This document shows, in pieces, positions 1 to 8,938 of a DNA stretch of 14,554 bases. The position numbers were made by a program, and so were the translations under genes. Source of the DNA: Methanobacteriota archaeon (GTDB taxonomy: Archaea > Thermoplasmatota > Thermoplasmata > RBG-16-68-12); contig VBMI01000078.1 of assembly GCA_005878955.1 (NCBI GenBank), forward strand, positions 1-14,554, written 5' to 3'. How positions within the stretch are numbered: position 1 is the stretch's first letter; each line of letters opens with the position of its first letter. Under the pieces are notes generated by a model. The model made no database searches. It saw only the letters and a program-made list of their open reading frames with translations, and was not told the DNA's origin.

Positions 1-580
1 TGACGGCCATGTGGCCCACACCGCCCAGGCCCATGACGGCGACTTGGTCGCCTGGCTTGCAGCCGAATTGTCGCAGGGGCGAGTATGTCGTGATTCCCGC
101 GCACATCAGCGGCGCGGCGCGCGAGGGATCCAGCCCCTTCGGGATTCGAAACACGTAGCGCTCGTCGACGACCATGCTCGCCGAATACCCTCCATAGGTC
201 CGAGCCTTCCGGTCCTGCTCGAGGCTGTCAAACGTGAACGTGGCACCTTTTTCGCAGAACATCTCGTGGCCGGCGCGGCATTGCGCGCAGGCGCGGCACG
301 AATCGACGAAGCAGCCCACCCCGATGAGGTCGCCCTCGCGATAGCGGGATGCGCTGGCCCCTTGCGAGACGACCCGGCCGACAATCTCGTGGCCTGGTAC
401 GATCGGGAACTGCGTGTTCCCCCAGTCGTCGTTCACCTTGTGCACGTCGCTGTGGCAAATGCCACAATAGAGAATTTCAATCTCGATGTCGTGCGGTCCC
501 GGTTCGCGTCGCTCGATTGTCATGGGCGCAACCGGCGCCTTGGCGGCGCGGGCGCCATAGGCAGGAGTCTTCTGGGTCAT
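1..580 (-). CDS. Zn-dependent NAD(P) alcohol/aldehyde dehydrogenase, YahK / cinnamyl-alcohol-dehydrogenase-like (N-terminal ~193 aa; 3' end lies beyond the window)
   Basis: Absent from the ORF track because it runs off the window. My reverse-complement translation from the ATG (complement of 578-580) gives MTQKTPAYGARAAKAPVAPMTIERREPGPHDIEIEILYCGICHSDVHKVNDDWGNTQFPIVPGHEIVGRVV..GVGCFVDSCRACAQCRAGHEMFC..LMCAGITTYSPL..VMGLGGVGHMAV. It has the catalytic-Zn motifs CGICHSD and GHE, a structural-Zn Cys cluster, and the start of the GxGGxG Rossmann motif. It is collinear with E. coli YahK as I recall it. The listed + ORF 11..607 is its antisense shadow. Confidence 0.85.
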   Translation of the reverse strand, partial: MTQKTPAYGARAAKAPVAPMTIERREPGPHDIEIEILYCGICHSDVHKVNDDWGNTQFPIVPGHEIVGRVVSQGASASRYREGDLIGVGCFVDSCRACAQCRAGHEMFCEKGATFTFDSLEQDRKARTYGGYSASMVVDERYVFRIPKGLDPSRAAPLMCAGITTYSPLRQFGCKPGDQVAVMGLGGVGHMAV

Positions 581-712
581 GGCCAAGGGAGAACCGCGCC
601 CGGGTAAGACTCTTGTGCACCTGGGCTGGGGGATCCGCTCAAACGAGGGCGGCGCTTCAATAGAACGCATCCAGTAAAGCAGAAGGCCGAGCGCCCCCTC
701 AGGGCCGTCGAC

Positions 713-1243
713 ATGGCCGAGCCGATCATCCCCGAGGCGCCTCCTGCGACCGGAACCCCGCGACTCCGGTTCGTGGTCCAGAAACACTGGGCTCGGAACC
801 TCCACTATGACTTCCGACTGGAAATTGGCACGGCCCTCGTCTCGTGGGCGGTGCCGAAGGGGCCATCCAAAGATCCGGAGGTGAAGCGCCTCGCGATTCG
901 TGTTGACGACCACCCGCTCGACTACCTTCTGTTCGAGGGATCCCTCCCTGAAGGTGACTACGGAGCCGGCGAGGTCATAGTCTGGGACTATGGCGAATTT
1001 GCGGTGGTCGGACCTGGTGAACAGGACGCGGCAGGAGCGCTCAACGACGGCGTCGTGCGATTCACTTTGTATGGCAGAAAACTCCGAGGACAATGGACAA
1101 TCATAAAGACGAGAATGGGACAGGGAAAACGCGAGAATTGGCTCTTGCAGAAGATGCGTGACGAATTCGCTCAGGCGGGTTACGACCCTGAAACCGAGCC
1201 GGCTTCCGCATTGTCCGGCAACGTCCCACGAAGTCCGCGTTGA
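713..1243 (+). CDS. Stand-alone LigD-type 3'-phosphoesterase (PE) domain protein
   Basis: 176-aa ORF with the PE-module motif series: LRFVVQKHWARNLHYDFRLE, WAVPKGPS, VDDHPLDY, GDYGAGEVIVWDYG, LYGRKLRGQW. No ligase or polymerase domain is attached. Confidence 0.85.
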   Translation: MAEPIIPEAPPATGTPRLRFVVQKHWARNLHYDFRLEIGTALVSWAVPKGPSKDPEVKRLAIRVDDHPLDYLLFEGSLPEGDYGAGEVIVWDYGEFAVVGPGEQDAAGALNDGVVRFTLYGRKLRGQWTIIKTRMGQGKRENWLLQKMRDEFAQAGYDPETEPASALSGNVPRSPR

Positions 1244-1266
1244 CGTCTTTCGCTTCGCGCTGTAGA

Positions 1267-1272
1267 TTTTTT
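1267..1272 (+). terminator. Oligo-T run (T6) downstream of the PE gene; possible archaeal-type terminator
   Basis: tagATTTTTTcc lies about 24 nt after the TGA at 1241-1243, in a convergent intergenic region. Archaeal RNAP terminates at oligo-T tracts. Confidence 0.3.
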
Positions 1273-1398
1273 CCCCCTCACGAGAGCAGCGGGCTCGGAG
1301 ACGGTGGACGAATACTGCGGGCCGCGTGATCCTAGGCTGACGCCGATTCCAGTCGTTAAGACAGCGACGGGCCCTGCCCCATCGAGCACGTGGAACTC

Positions 1399-1827
1399 CT
1401 ATCGCTCGGGCGGAGGCGATGGGCGGCGGACGAACGGCGTCTGTTGATGGAGCGAGAGCTTCCAAGCGTCGCCGTGGCGGGAGTACACGCTCGTCATCAG
1501 CGCCTCGTACATGGGCCGCTCCGGTCGGCTCGCGATCGCGCGGTACGTCACGATCGCGCTACGGTCGCCCACGGGCAGCACGCGGGCGTCCTCGATGCGA
1601 TAGTCCGTCCAGGGTCGTTCTGCCGCGATCGCAGCGACGCTCTCCCGTTTCGTCATCACCGTGCCCGGGAAAACCATCAGCGCGTCATCGGTCATGAGGT
1701 CGTCGTAGAACCTTGCCCCGTTGACGGAGCAGAGCGCGTCCCAGCCGCGTCGCTCCAGGTCCAGAAGGTCTTGACGCAGCGCGTCCCGGTCAGTCATCTC
1801 CTCAGGTCCCTTCCCAGTCTGTTTCAT
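1399..1827 (-). CDS. NTF2-fold / SnoaL-like (DUF4440-like) protein
   Basis: 142-aa ORF. The pattern LLDLERRGWDAL..ARFYDDLMTDDALMVFPG..MTKRESVAAI..W..YRIEDARVLPVGDRSAIVTYR is typical of small SnoaL/DUF4440 proteins. Its start lies 7 nt after the msrB stop on the same strand. Confidence 0.65.
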   Translation of the reverse strand: MKQTGKGPEEMTDRDALRQDLLDLERRGWDALCSVNGARFYDDLMTDDALMVFPGTVMTKRESVAAIAAERPWTDYRIEDARVLPVGDRSAIVTYRAIASRPERPMYEALMTSVYSRHGDAWKLSLHQQTPFVRRPSPPPER

Positions 1828-1833
1828 TCCGAA

Positions 1834-2220
1834 TCACGCTCGGCGGAAGGTGAGGGATGCAGAGTTGATGCAGTATCGCAACCCTGTCGGCCGGGGGCCG
1901 TCGTCGAACACGTGCCCCAGGTGAGAGCCGCACCTGGCGCACGTGACCTCGATCCGGCGCATGAACAGGCTGCGATCCGCCGTCTCAAGCACGCTCTCCT
2001 TCTGGGCCGGCGCCGAGAAACTCGGCCAGCCCGTACCGGAGTCGAACTTCGTCTCGGAGGCGAACAGCGTCTGCCCGCAGACGACGCACGCGTAGACCCC
2101 GGGATCGTGGTTGTCCCAGTACTCCCCAGTGAAGGGTCGCTCGGTCGACTTGTTGACGCAAACCTCGTATTGCAACGGCGTCAGCTCGCGCCGGAGCTTC
2201 TCCTTGTCGAGGGTCTCCAC
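1834..2220 (-). CDS. msrB: Peptide-methionine (R)-S-oxide reductase MsrB
   Basis: 128-aa ORF with a GTG start. Motifs: [18 protein letters not shown], Zn-site CxxC pairs (CVVCG, CARCG), [15 protein letters not shown], and the catalytic RYCINS. Confidence 0.93.
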   Translation of the reverse strand: METLDKEKLRRELTPLQYEVCVNKSTERPFTGEYWDNHDPGVYACVVCGQTLFASETKFDSGTGWPSFSAPAQKESVLETADRSLFMRRIEVTCARCGSHLGHVFDDGPRPTGLRYCINSASLTFRRA

Positions 2221-2334
2221 GAGAAGGAACGCGCCCCCGGAGGACTTAAGGTTTTGGCCGGCGAAAGCGTCGGAGCCCCCCGAGCCTCACCCACTCCGTG
2301 ACGACGGCGGGATACCACAGTATTTGAACTAATG

Positions 2335-2357
2335 TTTAAATAACAATACGGTTATAC
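2335..2357 (+). promoter_or_regulatory. A/T-rich promoter region: TTTAAATA (2335-2342) and GGTTATAC (2350-2357) upstream of the VOC gene
   Basis: This is the only A/T-rich patch in the divergent msrB/VOC intergenic region. The GGTTATA element is centred about 25 nt before ATG 2379, which is leaderless-type spacing. It shares the CGGTTATA motif with the suf promoter. Confidence 0.45.
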
Positions 2358-2378
2358 GCCGGTGCCGAGAGTGCAACC

Positions 2379-2789
2379 ATGATCGAAAAACTGACCCACG
2401 TGCCCATCGTCGTGAGCGACCAGGAGGAGGCTCTCCGGTTCTACACGGGCGTCCTCGGGTTTGAGAAGCGCGCGGACTACCAACAACCCGGCAACCCCCG
2501 CTGGCTCACCGTCGCGCCCAAGGGGACGGACATCGAGCTGATCCTCGTCGAAGGCGAGTACAAGCTCGATCCCCGCGCCCCAGCGGCGGCGGACAGCGGC
2601 GGCAACCATTGGGTCTTCAAGACAAACGACTGCCGGAAGGACTTCGAGGTCCTCAAGGCGCGCGGCGTGAAGTTCAAGGACTCCGCCCCCGTCGAAAACT
2701 GGTACGGTATCGCCGCGTACTTCACGGACCCGTTCGGGAACCACATCTCCCTGCTCCAGCCGAGTCCCACGCCCCCAAGGAAGGGCTGA
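2379..2789 (+). CDS. VOC (glyoxalase / bleomycin-resistance / dioxygenase) family protein
   Basis: 136-aa ORF. LTHVPIVVSDQEEALRFYTGVLGFEK .. HWVFKTNDC..DFEVLKARGVKF .. YFTDPFGNHISLLQ is the typical paired beta-alpha-beta-beta-beta VOC pattern. Confidence 0.85.
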   Translation: MIEKLTHVPIVVSDQEEALRFYTGVLGFEKRADYQQPGNPRWLTVAPKGTDIELILVEGEYKLDPRAPAAADSGGNHWVFKTNDCRKDFEVLKARGVKFKDSAPVENWYGIAAYFTDPFGNHISLLQPSPTPPRKG

Positions 2790-2916
2790 GGCACCCGGAC
2801 TGGCCCCGGGGCCCCGCGAAAGTCCGCCACGAACGTTCTCGCGGCCATCGCGCCCGGTGAGGAAGTCGTCACTGGCGGGGAGGACACTTCACATCGGGAG
2901 ACGCGCTACACAACAT

Positions 2917-2935
2917 ATTTATAACGCGGTTATAT
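2917..2935 (+). promoter_or_regulatory. suf operon promoter/operator candidate: ATTTATAA box overlapping the inverted repeat TATAAC-gcg-GTTATA
   Basis: This is the only A/T-rich patch between the VOC stop and sufB. It contains a perfect 6-bp inverted repeat, 2920-2925 / 2929-2934. CGGTTATA (2927-2934) is also present at 2349-2356. Confidence 0.45.
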
Positions 2936-2993
2936 GGGAAAGGTTGGGCGCGGGCCGAGGGCCTTGTAGGGGCCCGCGTTCGGAGTGTCGCGC

Positions 2994-4442
<1,449 letters not shown>

Positions 4443-4470
4443 GCCGACCCTGAGGTGGAGGAAAGGTACA

Positions 4471-5264
4471 ATGGCGCTGCTCGAAGTCAAGGGGTTGCGC
4501 GCGAAGGTCGGCGACAAGGAGATCCTCCGGGGGGTCGACCTCACCGTGAACCTCGGAGAGGTCCACGCGATCATGGGCCCGAACGGGTCCGGGAAGAGCA
4601 CCCTCGCGAACGTCCTCGCGGGTCGCGTGAACTACGAGGTCATCGGCGGCAAGGTGCTGTACGACGGCAAGGACCTCCTCGCGATGAAGCCGGAGCTCCG
4701 GGCGCGGGAGGGCCTCTTCCTCGCGTTCCAGTACCCCGTGGAGATCCCCGGCGTGGGGAACGCCTACTTCCTGAAGTCTGCGCTGAACTCGATCCGGAGG
4801 CACCGCGGCCAGGAGGAGCTCGACGCGATGGACTTCATGGGCATCGTGACCCAGAAGATGAAGCTCCTCGGGCTCGACGAGAGCTTCCTCGGCCGGTCCC
4901 TGAACGACGGGTTCTCGGGCGGCGAGAAGAAGCGGAACGAGATCTTCCAGATGGCGGTGCTCGAACCCCGCCTCGCCGTCTTGGACGAGACGGACTCGGG
5001 CCTCGACATCGACGCGCTCCGGATCGTGGCGAACGGCGTGAACTCGATGCGGGGGAAGGACCGCGCGATCGTCGTCGTGACGCACTACCAGCGGATCCTG
5101 AACTACATCACCCCGGACTTCGTCCACGTGCTCGTGAACGGGCGGATCGCGAAGTCCGGCGGGAGGGACCTCGCCCTCGAGCTCGAGAAGCGGGGGTACG
5201 GGTGGGTCGAGGAGAGCGTCTCGGGCGCCTCCGCCGCGATCTCACGAGGGAGGACGGGACGTGA
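4471..5264 (+). CDS. sufC: Fe-S cluster assembly ATPase SufC (3' end unresolved: no in-frame stop)
   Basis: GGAGG lies 10 nt upstream of ATG 4471. Motifs: Walker A GPNGSGKST, Q-loop FLAFQYP, signature FSGGEKKR, Walker B LAVLDETDSGLD, H-loop VVTHY. SufC-like sequence ends at ..LEKRGYGWVEE (about nt 5215). The frame then stays open to 6666, out of frame over sufD. The end given here is the TGA 5262-5264 in the -1 frame; see findings. Confidence 0.85.
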
Positions 5265-6607
5265 CGGACGCCGCGGACCCCCGCCAGCCGTACCTCGCGG
5301 ACTTCCCCCGGCTCGAGCGGGAATTCTACAAGGACGACCCCGCGTGGCTGCGGGACACCCGCCGGAACGCGCTCGCAAGGTTCCAGGAGCTGGGGTTCCC
5401 CACCCTGAAGGACGAGATGTGGAAGTACACGAACGTCGCCCCGATCGCGCGGACCCGGTTCACGCCCGCGATCGCCATCCCAGGGAACGGGCTCCCCCCG
5501 GAGAAGCTCGAGCCCGTCGTGTTCGGGAAGTACGAAGGGAGCGAGCTCGTGTTCGTGAACGGCCGCTTCTCCCGCGCCCTGTCGTCCCTCCGGAACGTGC
5601 CCGACGGGGCATCCGTGGGGAGCCTCGCCCAGGCCCTCCGGGAGGAGCCCGCGGCCCTCGAGCCCCACCTCGCCAAAACCGCCCCCTTCGACGCGAACCC
5701 GTTCACCGCCCTCAACACCGCGTTCCTCCAGGACGGCGCGTTCATCCGGGTCCCGAACGGGAAGGTCGTCGAGGACCCGATTCACCTCCTCTTCGTCTCG
5801 ACCTCCCAGCCGGAGCCCGCGGTCGCCTACCCTCGGAACCTCATCGTCCTCGAGGACGGGGCCCGCCTCACGGTCACGGAGAGCTACGCGGGGCTCGACG
5901 CGGGCGTGTACTTCACGAACGCGGTCACGGAGGCGGTCGTCGGGGAGGGCGCAGCCCTCGACCACTACAAGCTCCAGCGGGAGAGCGAGCGGGCGTTCCA
6001 CGTCGCGACCTTGGAGATCGAGCAGGGCCGGGCGAGCAGCGTCTCGGACAACTCGATCGCCCTCGGGGGCGGGCTCGTCCGGAACGACGTGAACCAGCGG
6101 TTCACCGCGGAGGGCGGGGACCTCTCGATGAACGGGCTCTACTCCGTCACCGGGCAGCAGCACGTCGACAACCACACCCGCATCGAGCACCTGACGCCGA
6201 ACTGCGCGAGCCGGGAGCTGTACAAGGGCATCCTCGACGGCCGGGCCCGCGGCGTCTTCTACGGGAACATCATCGTCCACAAGGGGGCGCAGAAGACGAA
6301 CGCGGTCCAGACGAACAAGAACCTGCTGCTCTCCAAGGAGGCCCTCGTGGACAGCATCCCCGGCCTCCAGATCCTCGCGAACGACGTGAAGTGCCGGCAC
6401 GGGTCCACGACGGGACAGCTCGACGAGGACGCCGTGTTCTACCTGCGGTCGCGCGGGATCGACCCGGAGACCGCGCGGAGCGTCCTCACGTACGCGTTCG
6501 CCCGCGAGGTCGTCGACCGGATCCAGGTGCCCGCGATGCGGGCGACCCTCGGCGTGCTGCTCGTGTCGCGGTTGCCGAACAGCGAGGCGGTGCGGGAGGC
6601 CTTATGA
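5261..6607 (+). CDS. sufD: Fe-S cluster assembly protein SufD
   Basis: 448-aa ORF with GTG start 5261, preceded by GGAGG (5249-5253). The C-terminal SufB/D beta-helix blocks are present: NCASRELYKGILDGRARGVFYGNIIVHKGAQKTNAVQTNKNLLLS, ANDVKCRHGSTTGQLDEDAVFYLRSRGI. Confidence 0.9.
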   Translation: MTDAADPRQPYLADFPRLEREFYKDDPAWLRDTRRNALARFQELGFPTLKDEMWKYTNVAPIARTRFTPAIAIPGNGLPPEKLEPVVFGKYEGSELVFVNGRFSRALSSLRNVPDGASVGSLAQALREEPAALEPHLAKTAPFDANPFTALNTAFLQDGAFIRVPNGKVVEDPIHLLFVSTSQPEPAVAYPRNLIVLEDGARLTVTESYAGLDAGVYFTNAVTEAVVGEGAALDHYKLQRESERAFHVATLEIEQGRASSVSDNSIALGGGLVRNDVNQRFTAEGGDLSMNGLYSVTGQQHVDNHTRIEHLTPNCASRELYKGILDGRARGVFYGNIIVHKGAQKTNAVQTNKNLLLSKEALVDSIPGLQILANDVKCRHGSTTGQLDEDAVFYLRSRGIDPETARSVLTYAFAREVVDRIQVPAMRATLGVLLVSRLPNSEAVREAL

Positions 6608-6653
6608 GCCCCTTTCCGGATATCGCGGGCCAGGGGAGGCGCGGGACGGACCC

Positions 6654-7094
6654 ATGGCGGACCTGAAGGCGCTGTACCAGGAGGTGATCCTGGACCACAG
6701 CAAGAACCCGCGGAACTTCCACAGCCTCCCGGACGCGGACCGGACCGCCGTGGGCCGCAACCCGCTGTGCGGGGACCAGTTCACCGTGTACCTCCGGATG
6801 GACGGCGACACGATCGTCGACATCGGGTTCGAGGGCCAGGGGTGCGCGATCTCGAAGTCGTCCGCCTCGATGATGACCCAGGCGGTGAAGGGGAAGACCG
6901 GCGTCGAGGCGGAGGGGCTCTTCGACCGGTTCCACGAGCTCGTCACCGGGAAGCCCGCGGAGCCGGAAGCGCTCGGGAAGCTCGCGGTCTTCTCGGGTGT
7001 GTCCGAGTTCCCGATCCGGGTCAAGTGCGCGAGCCTCGCGTGGCACACCCTGAAGGCGGCCCTCGAGGCGAAGGGCGCGATCTCAATGGAGTGA
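6654..7094 (+). CDS. sufU: SufU-type (IscU/NifU-N family) sulfur-transfer / scaffold protein
   Basis: 146-aa ORF. Motifs: LYQEVILDHSKNPRN, NPLCGD, GQGCAISKSSASMMT, IRVKCASLAWHTL. These supply the three Cys plus Asp ligand set typical of SufU. Confidence 0.9.
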   Translation: MADLKALYQEVILDHSKNPRNFHSLPDADRTAVGRNPLCGDQFTVYLRMDGDTIVDIGFEGQGCAISKSSASMMTQAVKGKTGVEAEGLFDRFHELVTGKPAEPEALGKLAVFSGVSEFPIRVKCASLAWHTLKAALEAKGAISME

Positions 7095-7173
7095 GGGGAT
7101 GAGACCGACGCACGGCCGGAGGATTCATGGGGAAGGGTTCGTATCGCCGGGGCGCACCGGGTAGGGGACAGCG

Positions 7174-8421
7174 ATGGCGACGAAGACGGAACTCCTGATG
7201 GACGTGGGGAAGGTCCGGGAGGACTTCCCGATCCTGAAGCGGACGGTCCACGGCAAGCCGCTCGTGTACCTCGACAGCGCCGCGACCTCCCAGAAGCCGA
7301 GGCAGGTGATCGACGCCGTCTCCGACTTCTTCAGCCGGTACAACGCGAACGTCCACCGGGCGATCTATGAGCTCGGGGAGGAGGCGACGCGGGAGTACGA
7401 GGGCGCGCGGGAGAAGGTCGCGGGGTTCATCCACGCCCGCTCCCCGAACGAGGTCGCGTTCACGAAGTCGACGACGGAGAGCCTGAACGCGATCGCGTAC
7501 GGCTGGGGGCTCAAGGGGAAGCTGCGGGAGGGGGACGAGATCGTCTCCACGGTGATGGAGCACCACTCGAACCACGTCCCATGGTTCTTCGTCCAGGACC
7601 TGAAGGGCGTGAAGCTGAAGTGGGTCGGGATGACGGACGACGGCCTCCTGAAGATGGAGGACTACGACACGATGATCACGAAGCGGACGAAGGTCGTCAC
7701 GGTCACGCAGTGCTCGAACGTCCTCGGGACGATCAACCCGGTCCAGGAGATCGCGAAGCGGGCCCACGAGGCCGGGGCGATCTGCGTCGTCGACGCGGCC
7801 CAGAGCGTCCCTCACATGCCCGTCGACGTCCAGAAGATCGGGTGCGACTTCCTCGCGTTCAGCGGGCACAAGATGCTCGGGCCGACGGGGATCGGCGTCC
7901 TCTATGGGACAGAGGAGCGGCTGAACGAGATGGAGCCCCTGATGGGCGGGGGCGAGATGGTCCGCGAGGTCCACCTCGGGTCCGCGAAGTGGAACGACAT
8001 CCCGTTCAAGTTCGAGGGCGGGACCCCGAACATGGCGGGCGCCATCGGCCTCGGCGTCGCCGTGGACTACCTGGACGGGATCGGGATGGACCGCGTCCGG
8101 CGGCACGAGAAGGAGCTCACTAAATACGCCCTCGAGGCCCTGTCCGACGTGAAGGGGTTCCACGGGTTCGGGCTCGACGACGTGGAGCGGCGGGGGGGCG
8201 TGATCTCGTTCACCCTCGGGGACGTCCACCCGCACGACATCGCGTCGATCCTCGACGTCGAGGGGATCGCGATCCGCTCCGGCCACCACTGCGCGCAGCC
8301 CCTCATGGAGCGCCTGAACGTCCCCGCGACCGCGCGGGCGTCGTTCTACGTGTACAACACGCCCGAGGAAGTCGACCGCCTCGCGGCGGGCCTCCGGAAG
8401 GTGTTGGACGTCTTCGCGTAG
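7174..8421 (+). CDS. sufS: Cysteine desulfurase SufS (class II, PLP-dependent)
   Basis: 415-aa ORF. Motifs: REDFPIL..GKPLVYLDSAATSQKP, EHHSN, FSGHKMLGPTGIGVLYG (PLP lysine), RSGHHCAQP (catalytic Cys loop), RASFYVYNT. Confidence 0.95.
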   Translation: MATKTELLMDVGKVREDFPILKRTVHGKPLVYLDSAATSQKPRQVIDAVSDFFSRYNANVHRAIYELGEEATREYEGAREKVAGFIHARSPNEVAFTKSTTESLNAIAYGWGLKGKLREGDEIVSTVMEHHSNHVPWFFVQDLKGVKLKWVGMTDDGLLKMEDYDTMITKRTKVVTVTQCSNVLGTINPVQEIAKRAHEAGAICVVDAAQSVPHMPVDVQKIGCDFLAFSGHKMLGPTGIGVLYGTEERLNEMEPLMGGGEMVREVHLGSAKWNDIPFKFEGGTPNMAGAIGLGVAVDYLDGIGMDRVRRHEKELTKYALEALSDVKGFHGFGLDDVERRGGVISFTLGDVHPHDIASILDVEGIAIRSGHHCAQPLMERLNVPATARASFYVYNTPEEVDRLAAGLRKVLDVFA

Positions 8422-8461
8422 GCGCCCCGCCACGGTTCGAGCGGGCTCGAAGGCGGATTCG

Positions 8462-8938
8462 ATGGAGCCGAAATCCCCCGCGGGAGCCGAGGTTTCACCG
8501 TCGGGCGATTCGGCCGTCGTCCAGATCATGAAGGCGGTCGTCGACTCGATCAAGCGACACGGCGCGGGGGCGTACCCCGAGGAGGGGTGCGGCTTCCTGA
8601 TTGGACCGGACGCGGCCCCGCGGCGGATCGACGAGTTCCGCGCCGCGACGAACATCGAGACCGAGGGCCGCGCCCTGCGCTACCGCGTGGACCCGAGGGA
8701 GACCCTCGCGGTGACGAAGGCCCTCTCGGGAACGGGACGGGAGATCCTTGGGTTCTACCACTCGCACCCCGACCACCCGGCGCGACCGTCTGTCACAGAC
8801 CTCGAACGCGGGTTCACATGGTACACGTACGTGATCGTCGCGGTGGAGAAAGGGAGGCCCGTGGACCTGCGGGCGTGGGGCCTCGAGGAGCGGGAGGAGC
8901 GGCGGGCGTTCCGGGAGGTCGGGATTGAACTGGTCTAG
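8462..8938 (+). CDS. JAMM/MPN+ metalloprotease (Mov34/Prok-JAB type), copy 1
   Basis: Canonical motif set: PEEGCGFLIG (Glu), GFYHSHPDHPARPSVTD (HxH-x7-S-x2-D; His codon at 8759-8761). An alternative start at ATG 8528 would give a more typical ~136-aa protein. Confidence 0.85.
   Translation: MEPKSPAGAEVSPSGDSAVVQIMKAVVDSIKRHGAGAYPEEGCGFLIGPDAAPRRIDEFRAATNIETEGRALRYRVDPRETLAVTKALSGTGREILGFYHSHPDHPARPSVTDLERGFTWYTYVIVAVEKGRPVDLRAWGLEEREERRAFREVGIELV

Noticed and set aside
11-607. 198-aa + strand ORF at the left edge
   Set aside because: It is the antisense shadow of a clearly recognisable YahK-like Zn-ADH on the - strand (CGICHSD, GHE, Cys cluster). Its own translation is Arg/Ala/Gly-rich with no motif.
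2802-2813. 12-nt perfect palindrome GGCCCCGGGGCC just after the VOC stop
   Set aside because: It is a pure G/C palindrome of the kind that arises readily at this base composition. It has no T-run and no second copy in the window, so I see no basis for a functional call.
4471-6666. A single 731-aa protein from the sufC frame
   Set aside because: Only the first ~245 residues are SufC-like. The remainder is Arg/Gly/Pro-rich low-complexity text, read out of frame over a well-supported sufD (which has its own GGAGG plus GTG start). I treat it as a missing stop or frameshift issue, not a giant fusion protein.
8436-8451. Small hairpin TTCGAG-cggg-CTCGAA in the sufS/JAMM-1 spacer, considered as a terminator
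   Set aside because: It has only 6 bp and no following T-run, and the downstream gene has a plausible weak SD. It is more likely incidental or a minor mRNA structure within one transcript.
7021-8655. 544-aa - strand ORF antisense to sufS and JAMM-1. The same applies to the - strand ORFs 5108..6400, 3696..4601, 4417..5127, 8814..9557, 10047..11228, 10646..11785 and 11382..12113, and to the + strand alternate-frame ORFs 3143..4081, 4455..5264, 7581..8123, 9041..9925 and 10939..11616.
   Set aside because: Long stop-free alternate frames are expected at this GC content. All are Arg/Pro/Gly/Asp-rich without recognisable motifs, and each lies entirely over a strongly supported gene in another frame or on the other strand.
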